From positions 96,001 to 160,000 of the forward strand of contig CAWBOC010000010.1 in NCBI GenBank assembly GCA_963790305.1: 64,000 bases of DNA, written 5' to 3'. The position numbers were made by a program, and so were the translations under genes. The number at the start of each line of letters is the position of its first letter. Position 1 is the stretch's first letter. This DNA is from an uncultured Gemmatimonadaceae bacterium (GTDB lineage: Bacteria > Gemmatimonadota > Gemmatimonadetes > Gemmatimonadales > Gemmatimonadaceae). The notes beneath the pieces were generated by a model, which did not search any database, was not told the origin of the DNA, and saw only the letters and a program-made list of their open reading frames with translations. Shown here one piece after another: positions 29,851 to 40,091 of the stretch.

Positions 29851-32800
29851 ACGCCATTCCCGAATCACGAACGCGCCCAGGATGTTCTTGCGCGGCGGGT
29901 CCGCCTGGGCGGCGAGCGTCGGCTCACGGATGAGATACCGAGGTACGTAGCTCATCTCCAGGCGGAGCCCCTTGGGCATCCGGTGCACGAGACGAATACC
30001 AAACGGGTTCTTGTTCGCCGGCTGCGCCTGAATGGCGACGAACGTTCGGCTGCGATTGATGTACTTGCCTGCCTCGATCTCGGTGAGACTGAGCGAGCTG
30101 ATCACGCTATTCGACGACAGCTCCGCCGGGACGTCGGCGGGTGTGAGTCTGAACTCGTCCGTCCCTAACGAGCGCGCCGCGTCCTGCTCGAGCTCGTTCG
30201 TCAGCACGTCCAGCGCCGTGCCGGCCAGCTGACGCGTGGCAATGCTGGCCACCGCGCCCGCCAGCTCGCCACTCCCCGATGACTGTCCCGAAAGCGCCGA
30301 TCCCTGGGCGGTCAGCAGTGACGATGACGACTTGCCGAATGCGAGATAGCTCAGCAGGTCGGACTGCGAGATCGGCGGTTGCGCGGTGCTCTCGAGCGTG
30401 AGCTTCGGATTGCGCAGGGTTCCGCCGATGATCACCTGGATGTCGAGCGCCCCGGACCCCACGAGCGAGACCTCGTGGATGGCGGTGATCTGCAACATCG
30501 GGTTGATCTCGGGATCGCCAATGAAGGTCGCCGAGCCGCGGTTGATGACGAAGCGCCGGCCCATGAACTCGTACGTCCCCTGGTCGGCGTTCACCACCCC
30601 CTCGAGCGTGAGGGCCTGCTTGCTGCGGTCGACGTGAATCGTGAGTGCGCCATACCGCTCGGGCGTGTACACCTCGACGTTCGCCTCGGGCGATCGCACC
30701 CAGGTGTCGCGCGACACGTTGAGCGTGACATCCACGCGCAGGTTGTCCATCAGCGGTGACTGCCCCGGCAAGACCTCGCGCTCGGCGATGATCGAGGTAT
30801 CCACGACCGCGAAGACCGCGGGGTCATCGGCGTTGATGACATCCTTTCCGTCGGACTTCGGGATGTAGATGACGCCGTTGCGGATGTTCGCCGTCCCGGT
30901 GACGTACACGGCGTCGAAGGGTCCCTCGATGCCGATGTTCGCGTCCGCGTTGATGCGTCCCTGCTCGTTGTCGAGCACGCGTGCGTTCGTCGCCACCAGG
31001 CGCAGATCGAACGAGGGGCGCGTGAGCTCCGCGACGCCAATGCCGCCGCGGATGCGGATGGGACCGTTCGCGCGCCCAACGAGCGAATCGATGACAATGG
31101 TGTCGCCGTTGAGCCGCACCAGCCCATTGATGTCGCGCATCGTGACGCCGAGCGGCACGATCCGGAACGACGCGAAGTCGAGGGCCATCAGCCCCGTCAG
31201 CTCCGGCGAGCGTGGCGTGCCTCGCGCGGTGAGCACCCCCACCAGCTCCCCGCGCACCTCGCTGATCGCGTCGGTGAACTTGGGCAGCACATCCAGCGGA
31301 AGCGAATCGGCGCGGAGCTCGAATTCCAGCGGCCGGTCGAGCAGTCGCGGGCCGGTGACTCCGGCCAGCGCGAGGTTCACCGGGATGACGCCCTCGGCGA
31401 CCGCCACCGGCGTGCCGTTGCCCCGCAGCATTTCGGCCTGCGCGTCGAGCACTTCGTCGGAGTAGGTCAATCGCGCACGGACGTCCGGCACCACCGTGCC
31501 CCGATACGATACGCCCGTCACGCCTAACGCCGCACGCACTCGCGGGTCGCGCGTCGTTCCCTCCACCCGCGCCACGACCTGGAGCACGCCGGTCGCCTCG
31601 ATGTCCGACTGCAACAGCTCGACGACATGCGACACCTCGAGCCCGGAGATCTCGATGTCGAGACGGGCCGTCCCCTCGGTGGGCACGAGTCCATTCACGT
31701 AGATGCGGCCGCGCGTTCCCTGGCGAAGATCGAGCGCGAGAATCTCGACACCACGGCCTCCCCAGCGGACGGTGCTCGGACGCGCCGACACCCAGGTCGT
31801 CGTGTCGAATCGGAGGTGCAGTTGATCGAGGTGCACTTCGCGGTGATCGGTGTGCAGCGCGAAGCTGCCGCTCAATCGATAGTCATGCGACTCATGCTGA
31901 TGAATGGCGACGTCGATCTTGCCGGTCGTCCCGCGTGCCGTGATACGGGCTTCGACGCTGTCCAGCGCAAACCCCGCTGCCTGCACCGTGTCGAGCGAGA
32001 GCGCGGCGGCGATGGTGGCCTGTGGAGTTCGCGCGGCGATCCATCCATACTCCACCCGTCCGCGCCTGACGGTATTGCCGCTGATGGCGAGATTCTCCAC
32101 CGCCGCTCGCCCGCGCAGGTCGAAGCGCTGGAGGTTTCCCCGAATCGTGCCTGCCGCCGCAACGCTCCCGGCGAGCGAGTCGCGACGCACACTCGGAACC
32201 GAGTCGACTTTGAGCGTGGGCGCTGGAGTGCCCATTGCCGCCCGCTCGACTTCGGTCGCGCGCGCCACGAGCGCCGAATCCTCCCGCGCCTGCTTGATCG
32301 CCTTCATTCGGCGACCGGGGCGAGGGGCGACAATGGCCGTGTCCTGTCCCGGCAGCCATCGCGCCAGTCCGGAGATCGAATCCACTGTGACGCGGTACGA
32401 GAGCTCGCCGGTGCGCTCGGCGACCAGCCCGAGCGTGCCGCGAATGTCCGCTCGCGCGAATGAGGTGTTCACAGTGACCGGCTGCACCGTCGCCATGCCG
32501 TCAGCGATGGTCACGCGTACCCGGGCCGAGTCGAACGACACGCTATCAATGGCCGAGCCGCGAAGATCGGCAGCGATCGTCGCGCGCATCGTGCGCAGAT
32601 CGCTCCCCGCCCCGCGAATGCTCGCGACGCCACTGAGCGAGGTCCGCGGCAAGGCGGTGGCGACCGTCTGCAGGTTGAAAACGGTGAGCGTTGCCTGCGC
32701 GTCGTAGCTTGGCGTTCCCTGCATGTCGAGCCGCGCCACGGTCAGCAGCTTCCCGCCGTCAGGGAGCCGCAGATCTGCCCGGACCGACAGATCATTCAGG

Positions 32801-34431
32801 CTGCCACGGGCGCGAATGGGTCCGACGGCACTGCCCTGTAGCCCCAACCCGGGTGCGAATCGGCCGACGGTCACCAGCGACAGCGGCCGTGCGCGCAAAT
32901 CGACATCCATCCACGTCGTTCCGCGCATCGCCACGACCCCACGCCCGGTGAGGTGTGACCGCGCGCCGCGGTCGACGTGCTCGAGATCCATGGTCGCCGT
33001 TAGGCGCGTCGTCGTGGAGCCGTCGAGCATGGCCGTGCCCGTCACGATCCCACCGATCGGGAGATTGGGGACCGCGATGCGGGCCAGATCCACCTGCACC
33101 GGCGCGAGTCGCAGGCGCAGTCCGCGCGCACGCACTTCGCCTTCACCGAAGCCGACCAGACCACGGGCAACCACGCGGCTGCGCCCATTGACGGCATCGT
33201 CGAACGTGACGTCGCCGTCGACCGTCATCGCGCTCGTGGTGCCATCGAGCGACGCGCGTCCCCCGATGGTGCCGCGGCGGGGAATGTCGAGACTCGGAAC
33301 GAGCTGCTCGATGAGGCGGGTATCGAAGCTGGCGAACGTGAGGTGCGTGTCGTGAAAGCGCGCATCGGTCTCCGTGAGGGTGAGTCCGAAATCGCCCCCG
33401 ACCCGTGATGTCCCGGACCGAATGTCGGCGTTGCGGGCGACGTAGTCGCTGGGACCCTCATCGCGCATGACCATCTGGAAGTCGAGCGTACCACTGCCCT
33501 GCGATGGCAGTCGCGGATAGAGCCACCGGAGGTCGGCGAGTGCGATCGGAGCACCCTGAAGGGCGAGGCGCAGCTCCTGCGTGTCGATCCCGTATCGCCC
33601 GTCGCCGGCGATGTTCGAGCCAGGGAGTACGATCTTCACGTCATCGAAGCGCAGCGTGTCATTAATGACGTAGAACGTCCCTTCGACATCGCGAATCTCC
33701 GCGACCGGTGGCCGGAAAATGGCCGCGATTCCGCTGAGCGCGGTGACCTGGATGGCGATTCCGCTCGAGTCCGGATCTTCGAGGCGAAGCCGCGGCATCG
33801 TCGTGTTGATCTGCCGGAAGTCCATCACCTGCTGATAGCCCTTGCGTGCGCGGACGACGTGCTGGCGCGTGCCGCCCTCGAGAGCGGTGGCGATCACGCG
33901 CTCGCGAGCGGGTCCGACCAGGTCCCCGTCAGGCTTCCAGGGTGTGCGCACGATGAAGCGCCCACCGATGACTTCGACGTCGTTGAACGCAACCCAATCA
34001 CCGAAGCCTGGGCCCTCATTCGGTTTGTCGGGAGTCGTGTCTTCGGGGAAGATCGACTCGAAGTTCCAGTCTTCGTCCTCGAGCTTGTCGAAGATCACGA
34101 GCGGGCGCACGAGGCGAAGGCTGTGCAGCTGGATGCGCTTCCGCGCGAACGCAATGAGGCGATAGTCCGCGACCACGGTGTCGGCGGTCACGAATGGTCG
34201 CCCCGCGGTATCGGCGATCGAGAAGTCGGTCATCACGACGCCATCGAGCAGGTTGCCGCCAATGCCGCCGATGCGAACCTGCCCGTGCACCATTTCGCTC
34301 AGCGTTTGAAGCGTGAAGCGACGCACTCGCTCTCGGCCGAAGTCCGTCATCGTGAACAGCAGCACGCCCGCGACGGTGAGCACCGCGATCGCCCCAATGG
34401 CGAGACCGATTCCAACCAGAACGCGCTTCAT
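29845..34431 (-). CDS. tamB: Translocation and assembly module TamB-like protein
   Basis: About 1530 aa, N-terminal anchor, beta-taco-like repeats, C-terminal DUF490-like region (GTLRNPKLTLES...SQSDLLSYLAFG); adjacent to an Omp85 gene. Confidence 0.82.
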   Translation of the reverse strand: MKRVLVGIGLAIGAIAVLTVAGVLLFTMTDFGRERVRRFTLQTLSEMVHGQVRIGGIGGNLLDGVVMTDFSIADTAGRPFVTADTVVADYRLIAFARKRIQLHSLRLVRPLVIFDKLEDEDWNFESIFPEDTTPDKPNEGPGFGDWVAFNDVEVIGGRFIVRTPWKPDGDLVGPARERVIATALEGGTRQHVVRARKGYQQVMDFRQINTTMPRLRLEDPDSSGIAIQVTALSGIAAIFRPPVAEIRDVEGTFYVINDTLRFDDVKIVLPGSNIAGDGRYGIDTQELRLALQGAPIALADLRWLYPRLPSQGSGTLDFQMVMRDEGPSDYVARNADIRSGTSRVGGDFGLTLTETDARFHDTHLTFASFDTRLIEQLVPSLDIPRRGTIGGRASLDGTTSAMTVDGDVTFDDAVNGRSRVVARGLVGFGEGEVRARGLRLRLAPVQVDLARIAVPNLPIGGIVTGTAMLDGSTTTRLTATMDLEHVDRGARSHLTGRGVVAMRGTTWMDVDLRARPLSLVTVGRFAPGLGLQGSAVGPIRARGSLNDLSVRADLRLPDGGKLLTVARLDMQGTPSYDAQATLTVFNLQTVATALPRTSLSGVASIRGAGSDLRTMRATIAADLRGSAIDSVSFDSARVRVTIADGMATVQPVTVNTSFARADIRGTLGLVAERTGELSYRVTVDSISGLARWLPGQDTAIVAPRPGRRMKAIKQAREDSALVARATEVERAAMGTPAPTLKVDSVPSVRRDSLAGSVAAAGTIRGNLQRFDLRGRAAVENLAISGNTVRRGRVEYGWIAARTPQATIAAALSLDTVQAAGFALDSVEARITARGTTGKIDVAIHQHESHDYRLSGSFALHTDHREVHLDQLHLRFDTTTWVSARPSTVRWGGRGVEILALDLRQGTRGRIYVNGLVPTEGTARLDIEISGLEVSHVVELLQSDIEATGVLQVVARVEGTTRDPRVRAALGVTGVSYRGTVVPDVRARLTYSDEVLDAQAEMLRGNGTPVAVAEGVIPVNLALAGVTGPRLLDRPLEFELRADSLPLDVLPKFTDAISEVRGELVGVLTARGTPRSPELTGLMALDFASFRIVPLGVTMRDINGLVRLNGDTIVIDSLVGRANGPIRIRGGIGVAELTRPSFDLRLVATNARVLDNEQGRINADANIGIEGPFDAVYVTGTANIRNGVIYIPKSDGKDVINADDPAVFAVVDTSIIAEREVLPGQSPLMDNLRVDVTLNVSRDTWVRSPEANVEVYTPERYGALTIHVDRSKQALTLEGVVNADQGTYEFMGRRFVINRGSATFIGDPEINPMLQITAIHEVSLVGSGALDIQVIIGGTLRNPKLTLESTAQPPISQSDLLSYLAFGKSSSSLLTAQGSALSGQSSGSGELAGAVASIATRQLAGTALDVLTNELEQDAARSLGTDEFRLTPADVPAELSSNSVISSLSLTEIEAGKYINRSRTFVAIQAQPANKNPFGIRLVHRMPKGLRLEMSYVPRYLIREPTLAAQADPPRKNILGAFVIREWRF

Positions 34432-34432
34432 A

Positions 34433-36689
34433 TCAGAACGCCTGCCCAATCGAGAGGTGGAGCGTCAACCGGTCGGCCACCTGCCGCCATCCTTTTTTCT
34501 TGGCATCCTCGAGCGGATCGTAGGCCTTCGTCTGCTGGAGAGGGACGATGCGACGCACGCCATTGTCATCGATCACCTCGGTGACGATCGGAAGATTCTC
34601 GGCCAGTCGAGGCTTTACGCCGAGGTCTACACGAATGGGTCCGACCGGCGTCGTGTACCGAAACCCGAAACCGGGTGTGACCGCGCTCGTGCCGCGCGTG
34701 AGCGTTGAGACATCGCCCTCGCCGACGACGGCGGCGTCGACGAAGACCGCCATGTCGAGGGAGCGCCAGATCCCGAAGCGATACTCGACGCTGCCCTCGA
34801 GCAGGGTGCTGCCACCGACGGGGCGAGGCTCGAAGTCGCTCGAATGGGAGGGCAGTAGCTTCCTCGCAGCTGCCGCTCATCAGCTCCTCGCGCGTGCACA
34901 GCGGAGGAAGCGTGGTGGTGTCGTTGACGACCCGGGGGTTCAGCACCTTGCCCGGATCGAAGGTAAGCACGCGAGGTCCGAGCTGATTCTCGCCGTATCC
35001 CCGAACCGACTGTGATCCCCCCGCGTAGAAGCGCTTTCGGGGGTGCAGGATCAAGTTCGTGGTCGACGCCTCTCCGGTGAGCGCTTCCGACGCACTCCCG
35101 AGCGCTTTGACCCAGCCACCACGCACGCGCCAGGAGAGCACGGCGTGGCGGCCGAATGGATGGTACCGGCGATACTCCCCCGACACGCGATTGTAGCGAT
35201 AGTCGGACATGGTGAACGCCGACGCGTGCTCGACGTCGGCGCGCGCGAAATACCCGCGGCTCGGGTCGAGCGGGTCGTCGCCGCGATCCGTCAAAAGCGA
35301 CAGCGCAAGCGGCGACATCCGTTGACGCGCACGCAGCGCCACGATATCGCTCGGATCGCAAATTCCGAAGTTCTCGCAGAAATACACGTCGCTGGCTTCG
35401 ACCCGCGTCAGCTCGAACCGATACGTCAGGCTGATCGGTGCCCGCGTAGCGAGCATGCGCGTGAACGTCGCGCTCGTGCCGAATCCCTTCTCGACGAAAA
35501 TCCCCGGAGCGCTGCGGCAATGCGTAAACGCACTCAGGCCCAGTGTATTCCGGGGAGACTGGAACCACGGCTGTGTAAAGTCGGCGCTCGCCTGCCAGGT
35601 GGGCGAGAAGTACTGGTCGGCCTCCCGGTCCGCGACCGGCCGGCGCAGGACTTCCTGAAATGGGAAGCGCGCGTTCAGCGAATTGGCCAGGAGGTTCCCG
35701 ACCGCCGCGCGGAAATCGAGCCGCCTCCCACCGCCGAACCAGTTGTATCTCGTGAGGCGGCCTTCGACCTGGCCGAATTCCAGTGTACTGAATCCCGCGC
35801 TCGCGCGAATCTCGCGCAGCGGGGCCTCTTGTACCGTGATCTCGATGTGCTTCACGCTGTCGCCCTGTGGCGGGACGATGATCACCGCGCGCCGGAACAG
35901 GTTCGACTCGTACAGATTGCGCTGGCTGGTGGTGATCTCGTTCCGCTTGTAGAGACGGCCTTCCCGCAGGGTAAGCGAGTTGCGAATGGTCCGTTCGGAC
36001 ACGCGCTCATTGCCGCTGATGGAGATTTGTCCGATGGTGGTGGCCCATTTCGGCTCGACGGTCGCGCGAATGCTGGCAGACTTCGCGGCCGTATCGACCA
36101 CGATCGTGTCGACGCGCGCGTCGGCGTCTCCGTATCCCTTGTCCCAAAGAGCCGACTCGAGAAAGAAGACGCTCGAGTCGAGCGCGATGAGGTTGAGCGG
36201 ATCGCCGGCGCGCACCTTCATCGCGCTCCGCACTTCGTTGTCGTTGAGCACTTCGCCGGGACGCTCGACGCGGATCGAGCTCACGCGAGTCGGCGGCCCT
36301 TCAGTAACTCTGAACTCGACGCGTACCCCCCCTTTTTTCGGGGTAACTACGGTATCGACCTGGGCATCGCGCCATCCGCGCTTCCAGTAGAACACGCGGA
36401 TGCGAAGCATGTCGCGCCGCAGCTCGGTGCGATCGAGGTAATGCCTGTCCTTGAACAGACTCCAGTTGCTCACCCAGCAGAAGGGCGTGAGCAGCAGACT
36501 GCGGCAGCGCGTCTTTTCAGTCTCGATGCTCTCTTCGAGGTCGTCCTTGCTCACCGACTCCACGCCCGCCCACTTCAAATCCTTGACCTCGGGCGCTTCG
36601 CGCTCGTCTCGCGCCTGCGCACCCATCGGTGTTCCGCCGGTGAGGCAGACAAGCAATGCGATGAGGCTTGCCAGGGCGAGGCGAGTCAT
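34433..36689 (-). CDS. Omp85 (TamA/BamA-like) protein with POTRA domains, interrupted by a +1 frameshift near 34843
   Basis: POTRA motifs (ISGNERVSERTIR) and FYAGGSQSVRGY; the C-terminal barrel GFGFRYTTPVGPIRVD...HLSIGQAF lies in the shifted frame. Removing one base restores LPSSDFEPRPVGGSTLLEGSVEYRF. Confidence 0.85.
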
Positions 36690-36725
36690 GGGGTCCGGAA
36701 ATGCAAGCCCTGCGCCCAAGAAAAT

Positions 36726-36810
36726 GAGGCGCTAGAGGCGCTAGAAGCGCTAAAGGCGCTGGAGGATAACCCCCAGCGCCTCTAGCGCCTCTAGCGCCTC
36801 TAGCGCCTCA
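36726..36810. repeat. Family A palindromic 9-mer element downstream of rho
   Basis: About four GAGGCGCTA-type units, a short loop, then about four TAGCGCCTC units. Confidence 0.85.
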
Positions 36811-36814
36811 GCCG

Positions 36815-38302
36815 TTACAGCCCCGCGAGCAGCGCGTCGTTCCCCGCCGTGCCGGCGATGCGCTTGATCAACCACTCCATCGCCGACTGCGGCGGCATCT
36901 GTTGGAGACCGCGGCGCAGCGTGTAGACGTTGTCCAGCTGATCCGGACGGAAGAGCTTCTCCTCGCGCCGCGTTCCACTCGTCGCGATGTCGATCGACGG
37001 GAAGATACGCTTCTCGGACAGTGACCGATCGAGCTTGATCTCGGAGTTGCCAGTCCCCTTGAACTCCTCGAAGATCACGTCATCCATGCGCGAGCCCGTC
37101 TCGACGAGCGCGGTGGCGATGATCGTCAGCGAACCGCCGCCGTGCTGCGGTGCCACCGAGCGCGCCGATCCGAAGAAGGCCTTCGGGCGCGCCATGGCCG
37201 TCGCGTCGAGACCCCCTGAGAGGGTGCGACCGGTGCCACGCTCCACCGTATTGTGTGCCCGCGCGAGCCGCGTCAACGAGTCGAGCACGATCACGACGTC
37301 CTTGCCATTCTCCACCAGCCGGCGCGCGTGCTCCAGTGTCATCTCCGCGACATCGACGTGTCGCTCGGCGGGCTGATCGAAGCTCGACGCGATCACCTCA
37401 CCGCGCCCCCACTCGATCATCTCGCTGACTTCCTCGGGGCGCTCATCGACCAGCAACACCAGCAGCGTCGCCGTCGGATGATTGATGGCCACACCCTCCG
37501 TGATCGCCTGCAGCAGCATCGTCTTTCCGGCACGCGCAGGCGCAACGATCAGCGCGCGTTGGCCGAACCCGATCGGCGCGATGAGGTCGATGGCGCGCCG
37601 CGTGAGCTCTGGGCCCCCCTTCGCGGGCTTGCCCGTCTCGAGGACGAGTTTGCGCTCCGGATAGGACGCGACGAGCGACGAGAATTCCGGCCGGCGCAGT
37701 GCCAACGTGGGATCGTCACCATTGATCGTCCGCACCTCGGCCACCGCCATACGTCCGCGATGGTCGCGACCGACCGTCGCGTTCACCATGTCGCCGCGGC
37801 GAAGGCCGAGCTGCCTGACGAGGTGCGGCGGCACGAAGGCATCGGCGGGGGTGGGGAGATAACTCTCCGCCGCCCGGCGAATGAAGCCGCCGTCGCGTGA
37901 CGGGTCGAACCATCCTTCCGCATCGCCCTCGGCGACAATGACCGCTGGCACCGGAGCGCCGCCGCCATGCTCGGGGCGAGGACCGCCGCGTCCGCGACCG
38001 CGTCGTCCACGCCGTCCATTCTGACCAAATCGATCACGCCCACCCTGGTGCTGCGGTTGCTGACCGGGATGTCGCGTCGGAGGGGGACCGCCCGGCGTGG
38101 GGACGTTCTCACTCGACGGAATGCTAGGCGGCGCGGTCGGAGCGGGCGTGCCATTGTCGCGCTCCGGCGTATCGCCGTCCGGTAGCGCTGACGCGTCGTC
38201 ACGGTAGGGATTCACTTCCATGTCATTGGCCTCGAAGGTGGGACGAGGCTGCGCTGGGCGCGGGCCGCGCCCACGACGGGGCGGGCGTCTGCGTTCGTTC
38301 AT
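36815..38302 (-). CDS. rho: Transcription termination factor Rho with a low-complexity N-terminal extension
   Basis: APIGFGQRALIVAPARAGKT, LVDERPEEV, LDSLTRLARA, TLSGG, ETGSRMDDVIFEEFKGTGN. Confidence 0.95.
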   Translation of the reverse strand: MNERRRPPRRGRGPRPAQPRPTFEANDMEVNPYRDDASALPDGDTPERDNGTPAPTAPPSIPSSENVPTPGGPPPTRHPGQQPQHQGGRDRFGQNGRRGRRGRGRGGPRPEHGGGAPVPAVIVAEGDAEGWFDPSRDGGFIRRAAESYLPTPADAFVPPHLVRQLGLRRGDMVNATVGRDHRGRMAVAEVRTINGDDPTLALRRPEFSSLVASYPERKLVLETGKPAKGGPELTRRAIDLIAPIGFGQRALIVAPARAGKTMLLQAITEGVAINHPTATLLVLLVDERPEEVSEMIEWGRGEVIASSFDQPAERHVDVAEMTLEHARRLVENGKDVVIVLDSLTRLARAHNTVERGTGRTLSGGLDATAMARPKAFFGSARSVAPQHGGGSLTIIATALVETGSRMDDVIFEEFKGTGNSEIKLDRSLSEKRIFPSIDIATSGTRREEKLFRPDQLDNVYTLRRGLQQMPPQSAMEWLIKRIAGTAGNDALLAGL

Positions 38303-38688
38303 GCAACCATGTGTGTCGTGGTGAATTCTCGGTGGACACGTCCATGCGGATCGTGTCCCGTACTTCCTATGGAGCTTGTCGTGAGCGCGCCGCTGCACGC
38401 GGCTGTTCCAGTCGCTCTGGTGCATGGCCGTCATGGCGACGCACCGGTCCTGCTTCCGTGCTGTTGTCGACGACGTCGCGGAACCACGGACAACTCACGC
38501 GCTTCCGGCGCTTGCTCAGCGCAACCCGAGCGGCTCCGCGCCTGCCGTGCGGCGCTGCTCGTCCACTTTGGGATGGCCGACGCGCACCGGCGGGTCAGCC
38601 ACCACCAACTTCACTTCCCAGGTCGATTTACGCAACTGCCAGCTTCCGGGCCCTCTCCAGGGGCGAGAAGTGTGCCCAAGGCACCCCC

Positions 38689-38928
38689 TCATTCCTCCTT
38701 CTCCCTCAACGCGTCGAGCTTTCGGGAAGACGCAATCACGCGCCTGGCGAGATCGACGATACGTCTCACCGAGTCTCGCTGCTCCTCGTTGAGAGTGGCG
38801 TCGAGCTCCAGGAGCTGCGATTCCGCCAGCAGCGCGGCGAGTGGGTTGTTCATCTCGTGCTGCACTCGGCCTACCGCGTTCGATAGCTCCATCACCCGGC
38901 TGGTCTCGCTCAGCTTGTGCTCGCTCAC
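38689..38928 (-). CDS. Stand-alone HisKA (DHp) domain protein, 79 aa
   Basis: H-box VQHEMNNPLAALL followed by a second helix; no HATPase domain. Confidence 0.75.
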   Translation of the reverse strand: MSEHKLSETSRVMELSNAVGRVQHEMNNPLAALLAESQLLELDATLNEEQRDSVRRIVDLARRVIASSRKLDALREKEE

Positions 38929-39040
38929 GCGTCAGGCTCCGGCCGCTTTCGGTCAAGGTCCCCGCACAATGACGACGCATCGTCGCATTCGTCAGTCGAG
39001 GGTGACCTCGGCTGGTGCTTCTGCATAACTTACGCCTTCC

Positions 39041-39628
39041 ATGACACGCGCCGACGTTCACACCGAGATCACCGCCGCCGTCGATGCCTATCGGGAGGAC
39101 GCGAACATCGCCCACCTCCTCGAGCGCATCGAGGACGTCGCGCGTACGGCCGATCCCGACACGCTCGCGTCAGCGGTCGAGCCGTTCCGGGCAATGCCCG
39201 AGGTCGCGGGCCCGGCATATGAGCACATCGTCGCCGCCAAGCCTGACGACGCGCATGCACTGGTGATTCTCGCCAACGCCTACTGGCTCGCGGGCCGCGG
39301 GCCGGAGCACGTCGCGGAGCTCGCCTCCCGCGCCATCGCGGCCGATCCGACGCATCGCGGTGCCTGGCACCTCTGGGCACTGACCGAGAGCGATCTTCGC
39401 TCTCGTGTGAGCCGCTGGCACCAGGTCGCCGAGCGCTTTCCGGGTGACCAGCTCGCTCGCGCGAACCTGGCCGACAACGCGGCCGCACTTGCCTCGACCG
39501 CTCACGATCGTGAGGCACTCGACCTGGCGATTGAGACCTATGGTGGACTGCTGGCCCTGGCCGAGCGGGAGGAGGAGCGTCAGGCGTTGGGGCGCGCGAT
39601 CGAGACTCTGCGAGGATGGCGGTTGTGA
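39041..39628 (+). CDS. All-helical TPR-like hypothetical protein
   Basis: PDDAHALVILANAYW...AIAADPTHRGAW resembles a TPR; coding-like codon usage. Confidence 0.65.
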   Translation: MTRADVHTEITAAVDAYREDANIAHLLERIEDVARTADPDTLASAVEPFRAMPEVAGPAYEHIVAAKPDDAHALVILANAYWLAGRGPEHVAELASRAIAADPTHRGAWHLWALTESDLRSRVSRWHQVAERFPGDQLARANLADNAAALASTAHDREALDLAIETYGGLLALAEREEERQALGRAIETLRGWRL

Positions 39629-39688
39629 ATGCGGAAGGCGGAATATCGTTGACGGTCAAGAACCTTCCGCATTCCGTATTCCGCTTTC
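39627..39688. repeat. Family B palindromic heptamer element between convergent genes
   Basis: GAATGCGGAAGGCGGAAT ... CCTTCCGCATTCCGTATTCCGC. Confidence 0.75.
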
Positions 39689-39695
39689 TACTTAG

Positions 39696-40091
39696 CTACG
39701 CGCTCGCGTCTCTCACTCGCGGCGCCATTTTCGCCAGCTCACCGGTGAGCTCCTGCAGCTCGAACGGTTTGTGAAGCGCCTTGCAGCCGCACGCCTCGAT
39801 GAGCTCGAGCGCGCGCTCACTGGTGTCACCAGTGGTGAAGAGCGTGCGATAGCGCAGGTGCGGCTGGATCGATGCGGCGAGCTCGAACAGCACGTCCCCA
39901 CGCAGGTCGGGGATGCGGAGATCGAGCACGAGGAAGTCGAAGTGTTCAGCGCGGAGGAGCGTGTGGGCCTGCTCGCCAGCCTCGACGGCAATGACGTCAT
40001 AGCCGGCGCGCCCGAGGGCGATCGTCAGCGCACGACAGATCGTCGGTTCATCATCGACCACGAGTACACGCAACCGTTCATTGAACCGCAT
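39696..40091 (-). CDS. Single-domain response regulator (receiver only)
   Basis: VLVVDDEP, LVLDLRIP, TTG, HKPF; start overlaps the AraC gene end. Confidence 0.88.
   Translation of the reverse strand: MRFNERLRVLVVDDEPTICRALTIALGRAGYDVIAVEAGEQAHTLLRAEHFDFLVLDLRIPDLRGDVLFELAASIQPHLRYRTLFTTGDTSERALELIEACGCKALHKPFELQELTGELAKMAPRVRDASA

Noticed and set aside
38303..38688. RNase P, tmRNA, 6S or SRP RNA
   Set aside because: None of the conserved signatures recognisable by eye on either strand.
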